Assembly (NCBI GenBank): GCA_013239625.1
Contig: MU053881.1
Span: 372,001 to 436,000, forward strand
From: Lama guanicoe
Lineage: Eukaryota
Length of the DNA: 64,000 nt
Direction of reading: 5' to 3'
Both the position numbers and the translations under genes were made by a program. Under the pieces are notes generated by a model, which was not told the DNA's origin, did no database searches, and saw nothing but the letters and a program-made list of their open reading frames with translations. Positions 35,481-49,869 of the stretch are shown piece by piece. The stretch's first letter is position 1. Each line of letters begins with the position of its first letter.

Positions 35481-38400
35481 ACATCTACTTCATGTCTCTA
35501 GCCCATGGGCTTCTGCCAGGAGGCCAGGCATGTTCCCAGCTCAGGCCCAGGAATGCCGTGACGGCAGGTCAGGAGGGGGACATGGTGGCCATTTCTGCTC
35601 CATAGACCCCATGTCCTGCTGAAAGGAGCCGGTGCTGACTAGGTGCTTGGTAAACTCTGGTGAATGTATATCAGCAGCCCAGTGTGAGGCCAGACGCCTC
35701 TCTTGTTGGGGGTGGGGGGTGGGGAAGAAGGGGGCTTAATGAAGCCAGGGAGGGCCCCCCAGCCCACCGTGAGACTCCTCCCACTGGGCCCTCACCCAGC
35801 CCGCCACAAACTGAGCCAAGTTTCTGGGCCAGTAAGTGGATGGGCCCCCACCTGGCATGTGACCAGGTCACCAGCCAAGATGTCAGGGACTATGATGTGC
35901 ACCCCATTCCTGGTCAAGGCCCGTGGGGCAGAGGGATGTGTTGGAGGTGCACTGACCCACCCTAGCTGACTCCTGGTCACATCGAGGCCCTGCTTGCTAC
36001 CAGACTCGGCTATCCTGGCAGCATGGCCTTGGGCCCCATCTGAGGGACAGTCAGAGGCAGAGCAACCGGTACCCCAGGTGCCTCCCCAACTCGAATTCTG
36101 CCTGATGAATCCAGGACCTCACCCAGGCCCCAGAAGGGCCTCGCAGCCTGACAGAGGCATGGGAATGCTGCACCTTGGGGTTGAGCAGGATCTGCTCTGC
36201 ACCCAGACCAGCCCACCCCCTTTTCACCTGAGACCCCAGAGACGGTGAGTAGTGGAGTGGAGCTTCAGCCAGCCCAGGCTCCCACCCTGCCTTCCACCAT
36301 ATCGATCTCCTGACAGAGGCCTGAGTGGAGCCCTGGGACCAAACCCAAGGAGTCCTGAGGGGTCCCAGGAGATGCTAGGAGCCCCTCCTGATCCCTTCAT
36401 CCCTACCCAACAAGCTCCCTTGGTCCCTGACATCCCCTGGTCAACATTAGATAAGACTCCTGCAGGGAGTCGTCAGTGGGGAATGTCCCTGCCTCCTGGT
36501 CACACTGAGCCTGCCTGTCAGGAGCAGGGGCGAGTGGCACAGAAGGAGTTGGTGGCCTTGGAGACATATGATGGCAAGGCCAGGGCCAATGCCCACCCTC
36601 AGGGCCCAGGCCTTGCAGGTCACCTGACTCCATCTCCTTATTCCCAAAAAACTCAGTGCAGGGCCTGTAAGAAAACCCCAGAAGGCTGAGCTTCGGGAAG
36701 CAGCAGGTGAGGTAGAAGGGCTGGGGCCTGCTGGCTACAGTCCCTTCCTCTACTTCCCCGCCGCATGCAACCCCTCACCCAGGCCCAGTCTCCCAGCTCT
36801 CTCTCTGAAGCCAGACCCCCAATTCTTCCTCTCAGTCACGCCCTCCCAGCCGCGCCCCCTCTTGGCCACGCCCCTCCCGACCACTCCCCCTGGAGTTGCA
36901 GCAGCCCCCACCAGGCTGTGCGGAGCATGAAGAAAGATGTTGGAGAAGCTGTACGGGGCCTGCAGCGCAAACTCTGGTGGTCAGACGGCAGGCAGGTCAG
37001 TGCGTGGCTGCGGAGGGGTGCCCACCCCCAGGCCCGCGGTGTCTCCTGTGTCCTAACCCTGTGGCCTCGCAGTTGCTGTTCCCACTGCCAGGCATGCCGC
37101 CCCTCAGCCTGCTGTCTAGTCGGAGCTGCAGCCTCAGGGATGGAGGCCCCTCTCTGGGGAGGGATCCCTGACGTGCATCCTCTTCCGCCACGTCTGCTCC
37201 CTACAGCCTGCCAGCCCTGCGGTGGCCCGGTGCAGAACAGGCTTCAGGTGAGGATGGTGACGTGAGGCCTGGGCTCACCCCCAGCTAGAGGGGGTCCAGG
37301 AAGGAAGGAAGAAGGCAGCCCGCGGCCAGCCTCACAGAGAACACAGGACCCAGGGGCTCAGGCTGAGTGCACTTGTGTCATGGTCATCCCGGAGGCCCTG
37401 GCCTCCACCTCTCTGAGCAGCCATTGGGAGCCAGGCTGCCGGTGTCCCAGCCAGGAGGGCCTTCTCTCAGTAGCAATCTAGGTGGGGATCTTGCTGCGCC
37501 CTCTCCAGGTGCGCCCTCTCCGGGCGCAGCCTCAGAGCACAGAGAAGGATGGCGCTCTCCTCACAGCCACACAGATGGTTCCTTAGCCACGTCCAGAACT
37601 CATGGCCTTTCCCTGCAGAGACCCCTTTGTCCTCCTGCTGTCCTGGCCTCAATCCCTACAGCCAGCTCAGATGACCCACCGGGGACACGGCAGGTGGAAC
37701 CCTTGCCTGTAGGGCAGGTGTCAGCAGCACAGGAGGTGCCCGAGAGTGATGCCTACGAGGCCCAGCCTGGTGCCAGGTGACGCAGAACCCTGCCACACAG
37801 CGCAGGGCCTGAAAAGCCGCCCAGCTCAGGCACCCACCAGGCACCTGGGCCTCAGGGCTTCGGGATAGCCGGCAGCCCCACTGTGCCCAGGAGGCCAGGG
37901 GCGGGCCACGGCTGTGGTGTCTCCTTTGTTGCCCAGCGCTTTTTCTCTGAGCCCTCCAGGGAGGGAGCAGTGGGGATGAGGGAACAGGAAGACTTCCCTG
38001 ACTGGGGTTTGCCCCAGAGACCCCTGGACCTGGCTGGGGTTCAGAATCAATTCATCTCACATGGGTGATCCGTGGGTCCTCTGAAGCCCCTGCACCCACA
38101 TTGCTTCCCCACCCCCTCATTCCTTGTGGCCAGCGACTTATCCCAGGAACCTGGCCACATCCAAGCCTCTTTGGAGGCCTGTCTGTCCCACCTGACAGCC
38201 CTCCAGGGCAGGACCCCAGATAACCCCAGGGTGGTTCTCAAAGGTGTGTCCAAAGCTGTCCCAGGGTACAGCACAGACCCTTTCCCTAACAGCTCAGAGA
38301 CAGCCAGCCACCAGCATGACCTCTCGCCCTTCAGATCCCTCGGGCAGGCGTCAGACCTCAGGCCACTGGGCTCCTCGTGCTGCAGGGCTCATGTGAGTTT

Positions 38401-38842
38401 CTCTAGGGAGGGGCACCCTGCCCACAGCACACCTCCAGCAACGCCTCCTCCTCTGGTCTCTAACTCTCCACCATTGATACACCCCATCCTTTGATCAAGG
38501 GGGCAGAAGCAGGCAACTCAGTCAAGAGCCACGTTTGGGGTGTGCCTCAGCTGGAGGCTCCATTTCACCCCAAACTCGAATGCACCCACCATGATGTCAA
38601 GCCCCAGCCCCGCGCTTTTTGTACACAGCCTAACAAATCCCTCTAGGTGGGTACTGTCACCATCCCCCTTGGCAAGTGACAAAACGGAGGTTCAGAAAGG
38701 CAAAGCCACTGCCCGAGGACACCCAGCTCACAGGGACATGCCTGCTTCTGAGGGTTCCAAGGAGCCAAGGGGCGGTCCAGCTGGCCTCTGGGTCTTCCCA
38801 CAGCACGGACATGTGACACTCACCTTTCCTCCACCCCGGCCC

Positions 38843-39260
38843 TGTGAAGCCATCTGGTCCTGGACTTTTTTTTGCTGGGAGTTTGTTTATTACTGGTTCC
38901 ATTTCAATGCCAGTAATTGGTCTGTTCAGGCTAGCTACTTATTCGTGATTCAGTTTTGGAAGATTTCATGTTTCCAGAAATTTTTCCATTTCTTCCAGCT
39001 TGCCCGATTTGTTGACATACAACTCTTCATACCATTCTTTTATGATTGTGTCCCTGTGATGTCGGCTGTAACGTCTCCTGTTTCATTTCTTATTTTGTTT
39101 ATTTGGGCCTTCTCTCTTTTTCCCTTAATGAGCCAGGCTAAAGGCTTAACCATTTTATATTTTCAAAAAAAAAAAACAGCTCTTGGTTTCGTTGATCTTT
39201 TTCTTTTCTTGGTCTCTTTTATTTATTTCTGCTCTGATCTTTATTATTTCCTTCCTGCTC
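38843..39260 (-). mobile_element. L1 ORF2 internal fragment
   Basis: Minus-strand ORF fragment [16 protein letters not shown] is an L1 ORF2 motif. Confidence 0.85.
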
Positions 39261-40207
39261 TGCACCTCAGTGTGCTATTCCCACACTGCCCCCTCACAGT
39301 CAATCCCCAGGTTCTGTCCAATCCACTTCCTTAACACTGTCTGTTCCTATCACTTCTACTCCTGCCAATTATCCATCATCCAGCCATCCACCTAGTCGTG
39401 TTTCCCTCCCTCCCTTCTTACCATCTTCCCCGGTTCCTTGCTGGACTCCTTGTCCTCGGGACACCCCAGGAAAAGCATGAGCGTGCCCTTCCAGGATGCC
39501 ATGGCCAGCACCACAGGCTTTTGCTCTCCAATTTTGCCAAATTTCCAACAAAACTGTATTGAAAAAACACAGGTGGCCAGTTCACAGGCAGTGGCTTCCT
39601 GATTTAACTTTTTAAATACTGCATTAAAATATTTATCTTATTTACTAAATTTTTTGGTGCCCCCTTAAAATCTGTCCCTGGGTTGCAGCCCTGAGAATTA
39701 TCCACCTGGAATTTCACAGAGGTCAAGGCTGGAGCTGGTGCTGCATGGAGGCACCAGGGATGTGCCCTCCTTCTCGCACCCCTAACCCAGCTCAGGCATG
39801 AATCTGCAGAGCAGCCAGTTCCAGCCACCCTGACCCTAAAGCCACGCTGGGCCTCCTGCACCATGAGTGCAAGGTGTCAGATGCCTCACTGGATGGTAAA
39901 GTCCCTCTGCCACCTTTCCCTGACCAGTTGCTCATAGATCTGTGTCCCTTTCTCCTCCATGATGCCTGGGATCTATCCCTTCCTCTCCATCAAGCAGCCG
40001 GCCCTGGGGACTGGCCTCAGCCCCGCTCACCTGGGGTTCTGAAGGGCGTCAAGGGAAACGTGACCGCTCAGCTTAAGAGTTTCCCTATAATCAAAGTTGC
40101 CCAGATACCCACTGCTCAAAACAGCCCCTTCCTGCAGCCAGACATGAGCTTCCTTCAGCCTGCTGCGTGGGCTGGGGGTGGAGCACCCACAGTGCTTACA
40201 CTCTGGA

Positions 40208-40538
40208 GGGGGACTAGGGCAAGGGCGCACTCTACCCCCGCACAAAATGTGAGATGTCACCCCAAAATTCAGTCATCAAGATGAATAATATTTTAATGCA
40301 GTATTTTAAAAAATCAAAACTAAGGCAAAAAATCCATAGTGAACAAAATATCAACATATGAAAGACAGGATTCGATGTTCCCTTTTGCCTCAGAGCAGCA
40401 AAAGATTCCATCTTTGATTTTTTAAAAATATTACATTAAAAATGTTATTTATACTGATGGCTGAGGTTTGGGGTCTCCTTCTTCTATTTGGTAACTGAAG
40501 TAAGTACTTCACTCGCTTTACCCTAGCCCTGGCCCTGG
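40208..40538. mobile_element. Palindromic hAT MITE (MER96-like); a further arm fragment lies at ~39605-39685
   Basis: gggactaggg...ccctagccctggccctg ends; internal arms 40260-40320 and 40412-40473 are reverse complements. Confidence 0.7.
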
Positions 40539-40624
40539 CGGGTACAACCAATAAATAAGCCCAGTAATAATTTCAGAAAGCGATCAGAGCTCCAAGTGAT
40601 GAGAACAGAAAGTGATAAGAAGTT

Positions 40625-41166
40625 TCATTTCCAAGAGAAACAAAAATAGACATTCATGCAAGAACACGTACGTGAACATTTACAGCAGTCTACTCATAAC
40701 AGCCAAAGAGTGAAAACAACCCAAAAGTCCATCAACTGACGAATGGATGAACAAAATGCGGTCAGTTCATACAGTGGAATATTATTCAGCCATGAAAAAG
40801 ATTGGGGTATTGCTAGATGCTACACCATGGATGAACCTAGAAAATATTTCTCTAAGTGAAAAAAGTCAAACACAAAGGGCTGATTTGTATACTGATTGTA
40901 TGATTCCATTTATATGAAATGTCCAGAACAGGCAAATCCAGAGAAAGGAAGGAGATTAATGGTTGCAGGGCTGGGGAGGGGGGTGAGGAGAGAATAATAA
41001 CGAGCTTGGGATTCCTTTTTGGAGTGGTGGGTGTTATGGGACTGAGCAGTGATGGTGGCTGCAGAATTTTGTGAATACTCAAAAGCACTGACTGTATATT
41101 TTTTACATGGTGAATTTTATGTGATATTTTATATTATATTAATTATATCTCAAGTTACAGAAAAAT
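40625..41166 (+). mobile_element. Old L1 (L1MB-like) 3' end
   Basis: acaacccaaaagtccatcaactgacgaatgg...atgattccatttatatgaaatgtccagaa. Confidence 0.8.
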
Positions 41167-41344
41167 TAAAGAAAGCAGGATGACAAAAAGATTCTGAATG
41201 GTAGGGTGTTAGGGCAACAGAGATGTCCTCTCTGAAGTGAGGACACTTGATGGGTCCTGAGTAACAAGGAGTCAACCTTGAGCATTCCCAACAAAGGCGC
41301 CAATTCACACCAAGGTCCTGAGGCAGAAACAGCTTGCAGTGGGG

Positions 41345-41700
41345 TCATTCATTCATTCCACAAACAGTTGTTCAGCACCCACTCTGTGCTAGGCCCTGCT
41401 CCCTGGGGACACAGCAGGGAGCAAAGCCCCCTATAAGGTGATGTCAGAATGTGAAAGCAGGGACAGTAGGGAAGCGGGGAGAGTTTGGGGTGGGAAGGGC
41501 TACATTGTATAGGGTGGTCAGAGGAAGTCTCACTGAGAAAGCAACATTTGAGCAGAGTGGCCGGTGGAATGATGGAGAATGACAGCAGAGAGGTGGAGGG
41601 ACCCAGACTTCCAGGGCCTGAGGCCATGAGAGGACCGGGGACTGGACTGTGAATGCACGGGAGCCGCTGGAGGGTGTGCGCAAAGGACATGGGTGGATTC
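41345..41700. mobile_element. L2 3' fragment
   Basis: attcattcattc...ttgttcagcacccactctgtgctaggccctg; agggtggtcagaggaagtctcactgag. Confidence 0.6.
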
Positions 41701-41934
41701 GTCTCCAAAACATCAAGATTGCTCTTCCTGCATTGGATTCCATGCTCCCAGCCCCCACATCAGCAAAGCTAGACAGCAAACTTTATTTAGCAGGTGGGTT
41801 TATTTTCTAAAGGAACCCTTCTGTCCCCAGGGTCCCAAATATGACACTGATTGGAGCGAAGCTGCTTTGGGTGTGGGGATGCCTCAAAACTCTGTGATGG
41901 ACTGTGGCCGGGGTTCTCAAGCCCAGCAGCTTGG

Positions 41935-42583
41935 TTTTTTTAATAGAAGGATAGTCAGTTTACAATGTTGTGTCAGTTTCTGGCGTACAACGTAATAGTT
42001 CAGTCATACATATACATATATATATTCCTTTTCGTATTCTTTTTCATTATGGGTTACTACAAGATATTGAATATAGTTCACTGTGCTGTACAGTAGAAAC
42101 TTGTTATTTATCTATTTTATAGATAGTAGTTAGTATCTGCAAATCTCGAACTCCCAATTTATTCCTTCCCACTCCCTCCCCACCACCTGTAACCATAAGT
42201 TTGTTTTCTATGTCTGTGAGTTTGTGTTTTTTGAATCAGTTCATTTATGTCATTTTTTTTAGATTCCACATATAAGTGGTATCATATGGTATTTTTCTTT
42301 CTCTTTCTGGCTTACTTCACTTAGAATGACATTCTCCAGGTCCATCTATGTTGCTGCAAATGGCATTATTTTATTATTTTTTATGGCTACGTAGTATTCC
42401 ATTATAAACTATACCACACCTTCTTTATCCAGTCATCTGTCGATGGACATTTAGGTTGTTTCCATGTCTTAGCTATTGTAAGTAGTGCTGCTATGAGCAT
42501 TGGGGTGCAGGTGTCTTTTTGAATTAAAGTTCCCTCTGGATATATGTCCAGGAGTGGGATTGCTGGATCATATGGTAAGTCTA
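41935..42583 (-). mobile_element. Moderately old L1 3' end related to the young L1
   Basis: LPYDPAIPLLDIYP...[16 protein letters not shown] on minus; long identical stretches with 31830-32155. Confidence 0.9.
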
Positions 42584-43649
42584 TCAAATATTTATTTTTC
42601 ACTCTACCACATCCTCCATTCTCAGTCCATGGGGTTGGGTCAAGGGGACTCCACGTCTGCCTCCATGGGTGAGCATGTGGAAGATGTGGCCAGTCAGAGC
42701 ATTTATCCACTTGGTCACAATGGTTGGCTCAGTGGTGAACTCAGACCAATGAGACTCAGAATATGGAATGGAAAGTCCATTGAGAAAGACAAGAATTTCC
42801 TCTCCTACTATGCCCTTCTGAATTGCGGGATTCTGAGAAGACAGAATGGACCCCCTGGACCTGCTGGAGGTCATCTTGCATCCATACAAGGAGAGCCCAC
42901 CTAAGAATGAATGAAGGCAATCAGGAAGAGAAGGCTGAGAGGGGGCCAGAGGAAGCCCCGCTCTGATGATGTCCATTTACTACTGCAGTCACTTGTGCCT
43001 GAGCTTAGACCAACCCCCAGACTTTTCATAAGTGACCAGATAAATTTTTCTCCACATTGAGCTGGATTTCTGATACCTGCCACTAACATGGCCCCAGTCA
43101 GTACATAGCACCCTATGCCTGCGGGGCTACCGGCCTGTTGAAGGGCCCTCCCCAAACGCCCTCTTCACTCATATCCCAAAGCTCAATTCCTTCTTCATTC
43201 TTAGAGTTGAGTCCCCTTAGTCAAGAGGCCCAATGTGGAAGTCTTTAAAAATGAGCAGGACAGGAGAGATGTCAGGATGTTGAGACACCTAGAGGCTAGG
43301 CGCAGAGTTTTTCTGTGCCCCACTTTCTCTATTTATGTCAGTTAGAGCTGCTGCCAAATGCAAATAATGGGAAGTCTTCCACGCCGTGGTTTGAACAGAG
43401 AAGCATTAAAGAATGCAGAAGGACACAGGCGCTTTCACCCTTGTTTTTCCACCACCCTTTGTGTGTGGCTTCCATCCTCATGACCCCATGTGGGTGGGAG
43501 AAAGAGGAAGATGTGGCAGCAGCAGACCTTCCCTCCCAACACACTAGCCAGAAAAGCATCTTGGCTAGAATGTGCCCTGAGGAAGGGATCTTTGATTGTG
43601 TGCTTGTGTATTCCAAGTTCCTAGAACTGCAGCTCAGTAAACATGAACA

Positions 43650-43702
43650 GAATGAATGAGTGAATGGATGGATGGATGGGTGGGTGGATGGGTGGATGGA
43701 TG
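43650..43702. repeat. (GAAT)/(GGAT)/(GGGT) microsatellite
   Basis: Direct reading. Confidence 0.85.
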
Positions 43703-46700
43703 CCCCTACAGGAAAACTGAGTTTTTATCTCCTATAGCCCCTAGAGTGGAGTTAGACAAGAGGGGAGGGGTTGGAATGGTCAGCGGGTGATACCTGACAG
43801 CATCTGCCACCCATTCCCCACCCTGGAGTGATCTCCTGGCATTCCCTGTGAGCCTTTATCCTCCACAAGTAGAATCTCTAGGCAAATTCCTTTCTTTCTG
43901 AAAGCAGATCTGAGCAGATATCTGAGCAGATCTGGATACCCCCACCCCCAAACCTTCTTAGAAGATTCTTACCCACCATGGGACATATATCTCACTGGGA
44001 GATGCGTTCTCCACGTTTTGGCAACATCTCCTAGGGCAAAAGTGATTGGCAGGAAAGAGATGTAACTGTGACTCCAGCAGGGGTAACAGGCTGGCCTCTT
44101 CTGCCTTCAATAACGACATTAAAAACCAAGCTGGCACAATTTTTAAACAAGGACTTATAGGAGTATTGCCAGCGTGTCCAATGCTGCCGCAATATCCCAT
44201 ATGCTGCAATGATGTGAGATTTATCTTTAGCAAAGAAGCACACAGTCAATAGACCAGATTTATGTCTATTTTTCTCCCGAGGGCTGGGGACAGAATCATT
44301 AAATGCATGGAGAGTACGAGGCCTATAAAGGAGAGTGTGACTGAGGGTCGCCTGGAGCAAGCACCCCCAGCTCTCCCAGTCTCCCTACACTTGGCTCCAC
44401 CTGCCGCAATCCCACTATTTCTAGTAAGTTCCTCAGTGGTTTCTTAATGGCTCATAAGAGATAGCTTTTTGATAAAGAACACATTTTGCAAATAGAAAAA
44501 AATGGAAAGTAAAACCAATCACCCATCATCCTCCCAAACAAACCCAACTGTTTTCATTTTGCCTGTTCCCTTCTGGGCCTTGTTCACACACGTGGACTTA
44601 TGTCACAGACGACCAGAGATTTATTTTGTGTTCTGCATCTGCAGTCAACAATACATCATAAGCATTCCTCACGTTGCTGCAGCTTATTTGATAGATTAAT
44701 AGCTGCAGAATCATCCTCAAATGTATTGTACCATCATTTGCTTGACAAATACATGAGTTTATTTCCAACTTTTTGCCCCTATAATTAACGCTGTAATAAA
44801 CATCCTTGTGCACAGTAGTTCTGTTTTACTCTTCTTGCCTTGAATGCTGGTTTAAAAGCAGCATGCAGGCTGGGGTCAGCTCTGGGCGGGCGGCTTGCAC
44901 TGCGCTGCTCCACCTGAATCCGCAGACTGCTGGTCGGAGAAAAGTCGCTGGGGCTCCAGTCTCTCGGGTGACCACAAATGCGCTGGAGGCAGCACGGCCT
45001 CCCAGCTGGATGACATGTCTGAGGAGAGAGACTTGGAACCCCACTTTCTCCTTCTGGAAGAAACCAGAGCTGTTTACCTGGCAGGAAGTGGGACCAAGCA
45101 GCCTGCGTGGTTTTCCTGCAGCAGACAGAGCTCCCCTTGTCTCTGGGGCCTCTGGGCCGTGCCAGCTCTTGGGACCATTCCTCCTCCACAGATGCCCACT
45201 GGGCAGACTGACAGTCAAGGTGTCCAGCATTTCTAGGGTCGAGGTGTAGGCTCCTGACTCAAACTAGACCAGCCAGATGCTTTTTCCCCGGAGGAATGCA
45301 ACGCGGACTTAGCCCCACAGCCATGCCCTGGTGAAGCCACCCCTCTGTTCCTGCTGCCCAGACTCCCAGAGCTGCCTGCGTGCTGTCCTTTCTGGGCAGG
45401 CCTGGCCCTGCTGCCTCATCTTCACCAGACTGAGCTGCCCTGCAGCCTTCCAAGTGTCTCTTTCTGTATACATCTCTCCTGCCTGTGAACAGAGTGTCAT
45501 TCCGGATACAGTGATGCCCCTTGGCAGGAGGGCCCTGGGTATCCCAGAGACCACCACTCCAGGTCAGCCCGAGGACCAGCAGGCAGACAGGAGGGCCGGC
45601 CTGCCCAGGCCAGCTCAGCCCAGCTGCCATCTCCTCTCTCAGCTTCTTCTGGCTCAGTCATTTGTCACTCTGACCAAATAAATCTTGACAAAAGTTGAGG
45701 CAGTGCCTTCGATCCTGATAAAAGGCTTCTACCTCAGCAGCCTCTGCCCACTCAGCATTGGCCCCAGGCCTCACCCAAATTCCTGGACAGAGCCTCTGGC
45801 TTCCCGGCCTGGGCCACATACCAGGAAATCCAGGTATCATCTGAATCCTGAGCCTGGTGCCAACATGCAGGAGTGAAAAGAGTGAGGGTCCTGGCGCCCC
45901 CGGGCCCGGGCTTCCACCCTGGTGATGCCACTCACTCCTCATTAGTTGGGGCAACTTCACTGGGCAAAGAGCTCACTTCTCTGAGTATCAGTTTCCTCAT
46001 CTGCAAAGTGGGCCTACAATCCCTATGTTTGAAAGTCCTCAGGAAAATTAAATTCCCATCCCTGGACCATGAGAGATTCCAAACCTAAGCGGTAGTGTCT
46101 CTCATCACGCCTCTGTCCATAGGAGTTCTCACAGCATCACTTCACATGACCCCAAGCCCACTCCCACAGACTGCGTGGACGGCCAGTGTTGCAGGCCCCT
46201 TCTCCCCACGTCCCATTACTTGCCTAACACCGTGCCACCAGGATGGGGGGGAGCAGCTGCTTCCATCCTATAGTGGACCTCTCAAGGTAAGAGGAGCTGG
46301 GGACACTTCCATTTTTTGAGGTTCCTGGCGCATTAAAAATGAGGAAAGTTGCAGTAATTGTGGTATACTTTAAGTATCTACACCAAAAAGTATGATACAA
46401 TAGAATTCATGCTGTTGATACAATAATTGTAGAAAATCCAACACATTTTCTGGTGAACTCCAAGTGGTACATTCTGCGGCAGGACACCAGCTCAAAGGTG
46501 CAGGACGACCATCTACTTTTTACATCTGCCGGAGCTGGAGCTGTAACCTCAAAGTCTGAATTTCTAGAAAAAGACATAACCAACCAATGCAGAAACATCA
46601 CTGGATCCCATTCAGAGAAAATGGGGTAGGGTGGCATTTTTAGATATTTGAGAGCATCTGAACAGGGAGGGATATGGGCTGATTTTACGGAATTACTGTT

Positions 46701-47389
46701 CACTGTCTTGGTCATAGTAATATCGCAGAACAGCTCAAAGAGATAAAAATGGTTCAGGAAAACCAATTAAAAATAAAAGGACTAGGTAAGCATTTATGAC
46801 AAAGTGTTAACCATGGTTCAGTCCAAGTGGTGGGGTACAGGGGCTTCACTGTGTTGTCTTCTAACTTTTGTTTTACTTGAAGTTTTCAGTTAAGAAAGAC
46901 TAAAAGTTTTGGATTACCGACACAAATGTATTGTACATTTTTCTAAATAAAATGCTGTTAAGCTGTGCCCCTGTTTGCTGTAGGGTTCCTGGTGCCTGAG
47001 TGTGCAGAACGCTGGCCAGCCTAAAGGCCTACCCTTTCAGGGACGACCTGTTCTGGGTGATGCCTGTGAGAGAGAAGCCTCTAGAACTCTTCACAAGTCC
47101 CTGTGCCTCCAGTAAGAAGTCAGAGGGAAATGGGGGTGACTGCAGTAGCTACAGCCTCCAGGCACCCATCATCCAGTTTGCATCTGTCAGAGATAGAGGG
47201 GGAGAGGTCGTTAGGACCACTGCACACTGGGAAACTGACCCCAGAGGGGACAGGAGCTTGCCGAGGTCACACAGCTGACATGTAGTCAAGCAGGGATTTG
47301 AATCAGTGGCATTCTGGTAAACCACGCTCTGAAAAATAAGAAAAAGAAAGAAAGAGAGAGGGAGGGAGGAAGACAGGGAAGGAGCCCTC

Positions 47390-47530
47390 ATTTATAATGC
47401 CTACCAATTTCTGTGGTGTAAATATTACCCTACCATGGCTAATTTCAAGTTATTAATGGTTTGACAAATGGCTCTCAAAATTCCTGAACATTTCACAATC
47501 AACGCCATTGATTTCAAACCAGTCCTGGGC
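47390..47530. mobile_element. MER63-like hAT fragment
   Basis: ctgtggtgtaaatatt...ccatggctaatttcaag. Confidence 0.5.
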
Positions 47531-48561
47531 ATCTGTCTCTGAAGCCCCTATTCTTTTCTTTGTTATTCCTACACTTTGGTCCTTTGCACATCACTTTTAA
47601 AACTTTGCCACATCTGTGTTCCACATGACTACTATTTATTAAATATTTTTCTCTCCAGTGCCTCAGTTTTTAAAGACAGGTGACATTACTAACATTGAAA
47701 GTGATATCACTTGCTATCTAACAAAGAGTAATGTTAAAATGAACATTTAATTATTAAAATAAAAACATTCTTTGCACTTCCTAAAATACACTATCCATGT
47801 ACTGGCCCAAATAACCCAAAGGCTGCACTCTGGGAACCTGGGGGCTGTCCTTCCCCCTGTCTTCTGTAAAGGCCATCATGTGAAAGGAGCATGGCATGTC
47901 ACTGGCCCTTCAAAAGGAGGAGACAGCAAATCTGATGTGAATGTAAAAATGTGCGGCCAGTACTTGGAAATGTCTCTTGTACAGTCTTTTTTTTTTTTAA
48001 GTATTTACAACAGCTTTATTTGTAATAGCTATACTAGGAAACCAATCAAACATCTATCAACTGATGAATGGATAAACAAATTGTGGTACGCCCCCCACAA
48101 TGAAATGCAGAAAAAGGAAATGTGCTATTGACACAACAATATGAATTGGTTCTCAAGATCATTGTGTAGAATTTTAAAATTTAGCAAAAAAAAAAACCTA
48201 CTGTATGATTCCATTTTTTTACCTTTTCAGTTCTCTTAGGTAGAATTATCACAGTCCAACTGCACACACACATTACTGTGCATGTAAGTATATGCAGACA
48301 GTACACTGCACCTTTTTTAGTTTACATATGTGTACTGATCAGTGTTTCTAAGAACAGATTTGAGCTTTAGCTTTTTATACTTACATAGTTATCAAAGGAA
48401 TAATGATTCCATTTATATTAAATTCTAGAAAATGCAAACTAATCTATAAAGAATGACAAAAAGAGGATGAATGTTTCTCTGAGAATGGGGGTGGAGAGAA
48501 GTTTGGATTAACAAGGAATGAGGCACTTTTGGAGTGATGGAGATATATGTTATCTTTTTTA

Positions 48562-48704
48562 TGATTTAGTTTCATTTTATTTTATTTTGGGGGTAGGTAA
48601 TTAGGTTTACTTATTTATTTGTTTGTTTACATATTTTTGAGGAGGTTCTGGAGATTGAACCCCAGAACTCATGCATGCTAAGCATTTGAGCTATACCCTC
48701 CCCC
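48562..48704 (-). mobile_element. Second vic-1-like SINE, internally deleted
   Basis: Shares ggtaattaggttt, gattgaaccc and gcatgctaagca with the 26.1 kb copy. Confidence 0.8.
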
Positions 48705-49869
48705 AATCTTTTTTTAAACACCTTTATTGTGGTATGTTTCCTGTAAAGTAAACTACACATATAATCGTTTCTCATGCCAGGGGGCATGGGCACCCCACAC
48801 TTTGAAAGACCCTTGTAAGGACAGAGGAGCAGGGAGCATGAGCTTCTCTAGACGGGTCAGGCCAGGGCGTGTAAAGTGAGAGGAGCAGAATAAGGAGACC
48901 CCCACCAGGGAAGAGCCCTGTGGGACCTAAGTGGCCCAGGGCTGTTTGGAACGGGAATTCCAGGGCCTCCGGTTCCTGAGCATGAGTACCTTGGTTTCAA
49001 GGACTCCCTGCCCTATGGGAGGGGTCCAGCTGTGAGAGGGCCAGAGCAGAGCCCGCGTTAAGTACAGGGCCTAGGGAGGTGGCCTGGTTGCTTCCTGGAT
49101 GCAAGTAAATAAAATCCAGTCTCAGTGAGCCACGACATGGACTGGCAGATTAGGGTAGCGGGGATGGAAGGGAAGGAGCTGGAGGGAGAAATCGTGAAGA
49201 CTGTCACTAAGAAGGCGGCAGTGGACATTGGATGTTTTGTCCGCCACTGCATCCATACCCCTTCCCTGGAAACAGCGTCTCGGCTTTCCTTTGGGAGGCA
49301 GCCTCTCTCTGGGATCCTCGGTACATTTGGTTGGGTAAGGCTGACTCCACCCCCTTTCCACTTTGAGAAGCAGGAGATCCAGGCCTCGCTGGTCAGCAGA
49401 TGCCGTCCTTCTCCCCACCTCGTGGCAACAATCAGTATACCGCCCAGTACCACGGAAGCTTCTGAATTCAGCCGCACCCAAAGCTGCAATCATCCTTCCC
49501 TTTCGTTTGTGCTTTAGAAGGGCGCACAGCCTGGCACGCTGTGTGTGTGTGGTGGGGCGATGCGGAGTCTCGCCACTATCTCCACCTCTTCCAGGGCCTC
49601 TGTAGGTTCCATCTAGTCTACAGAGACCTTCCCTAATTACTCAGAGGCCCTTAAAGATTCGGGTCTAGGGAGCCCCTGATGTTTTCATACGCACAGAATT
49701 CTACCCCGTCCCCCCGACTCCGTGATATCAATTATATGACTTGGACTTGATTAGCTGAAATGTGAACTCCCACAGATACTTAATTTTAAAACTGATTTCC
49801 AAGTTTTAGCCTTTTTTCTTTTGCATTCTCGTCTAAAACTTTTCCACAGGCCCTTGGAAAGCCTCCAGG

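Noticed and set aside
38540..39334. 264-aa hydrophobic ORF resembling a membrane protein
   Set aside because: Runs through a MIR and the T-rich antisense strand of an L1 fragment, which yields Phe/Leu-rich artefacts
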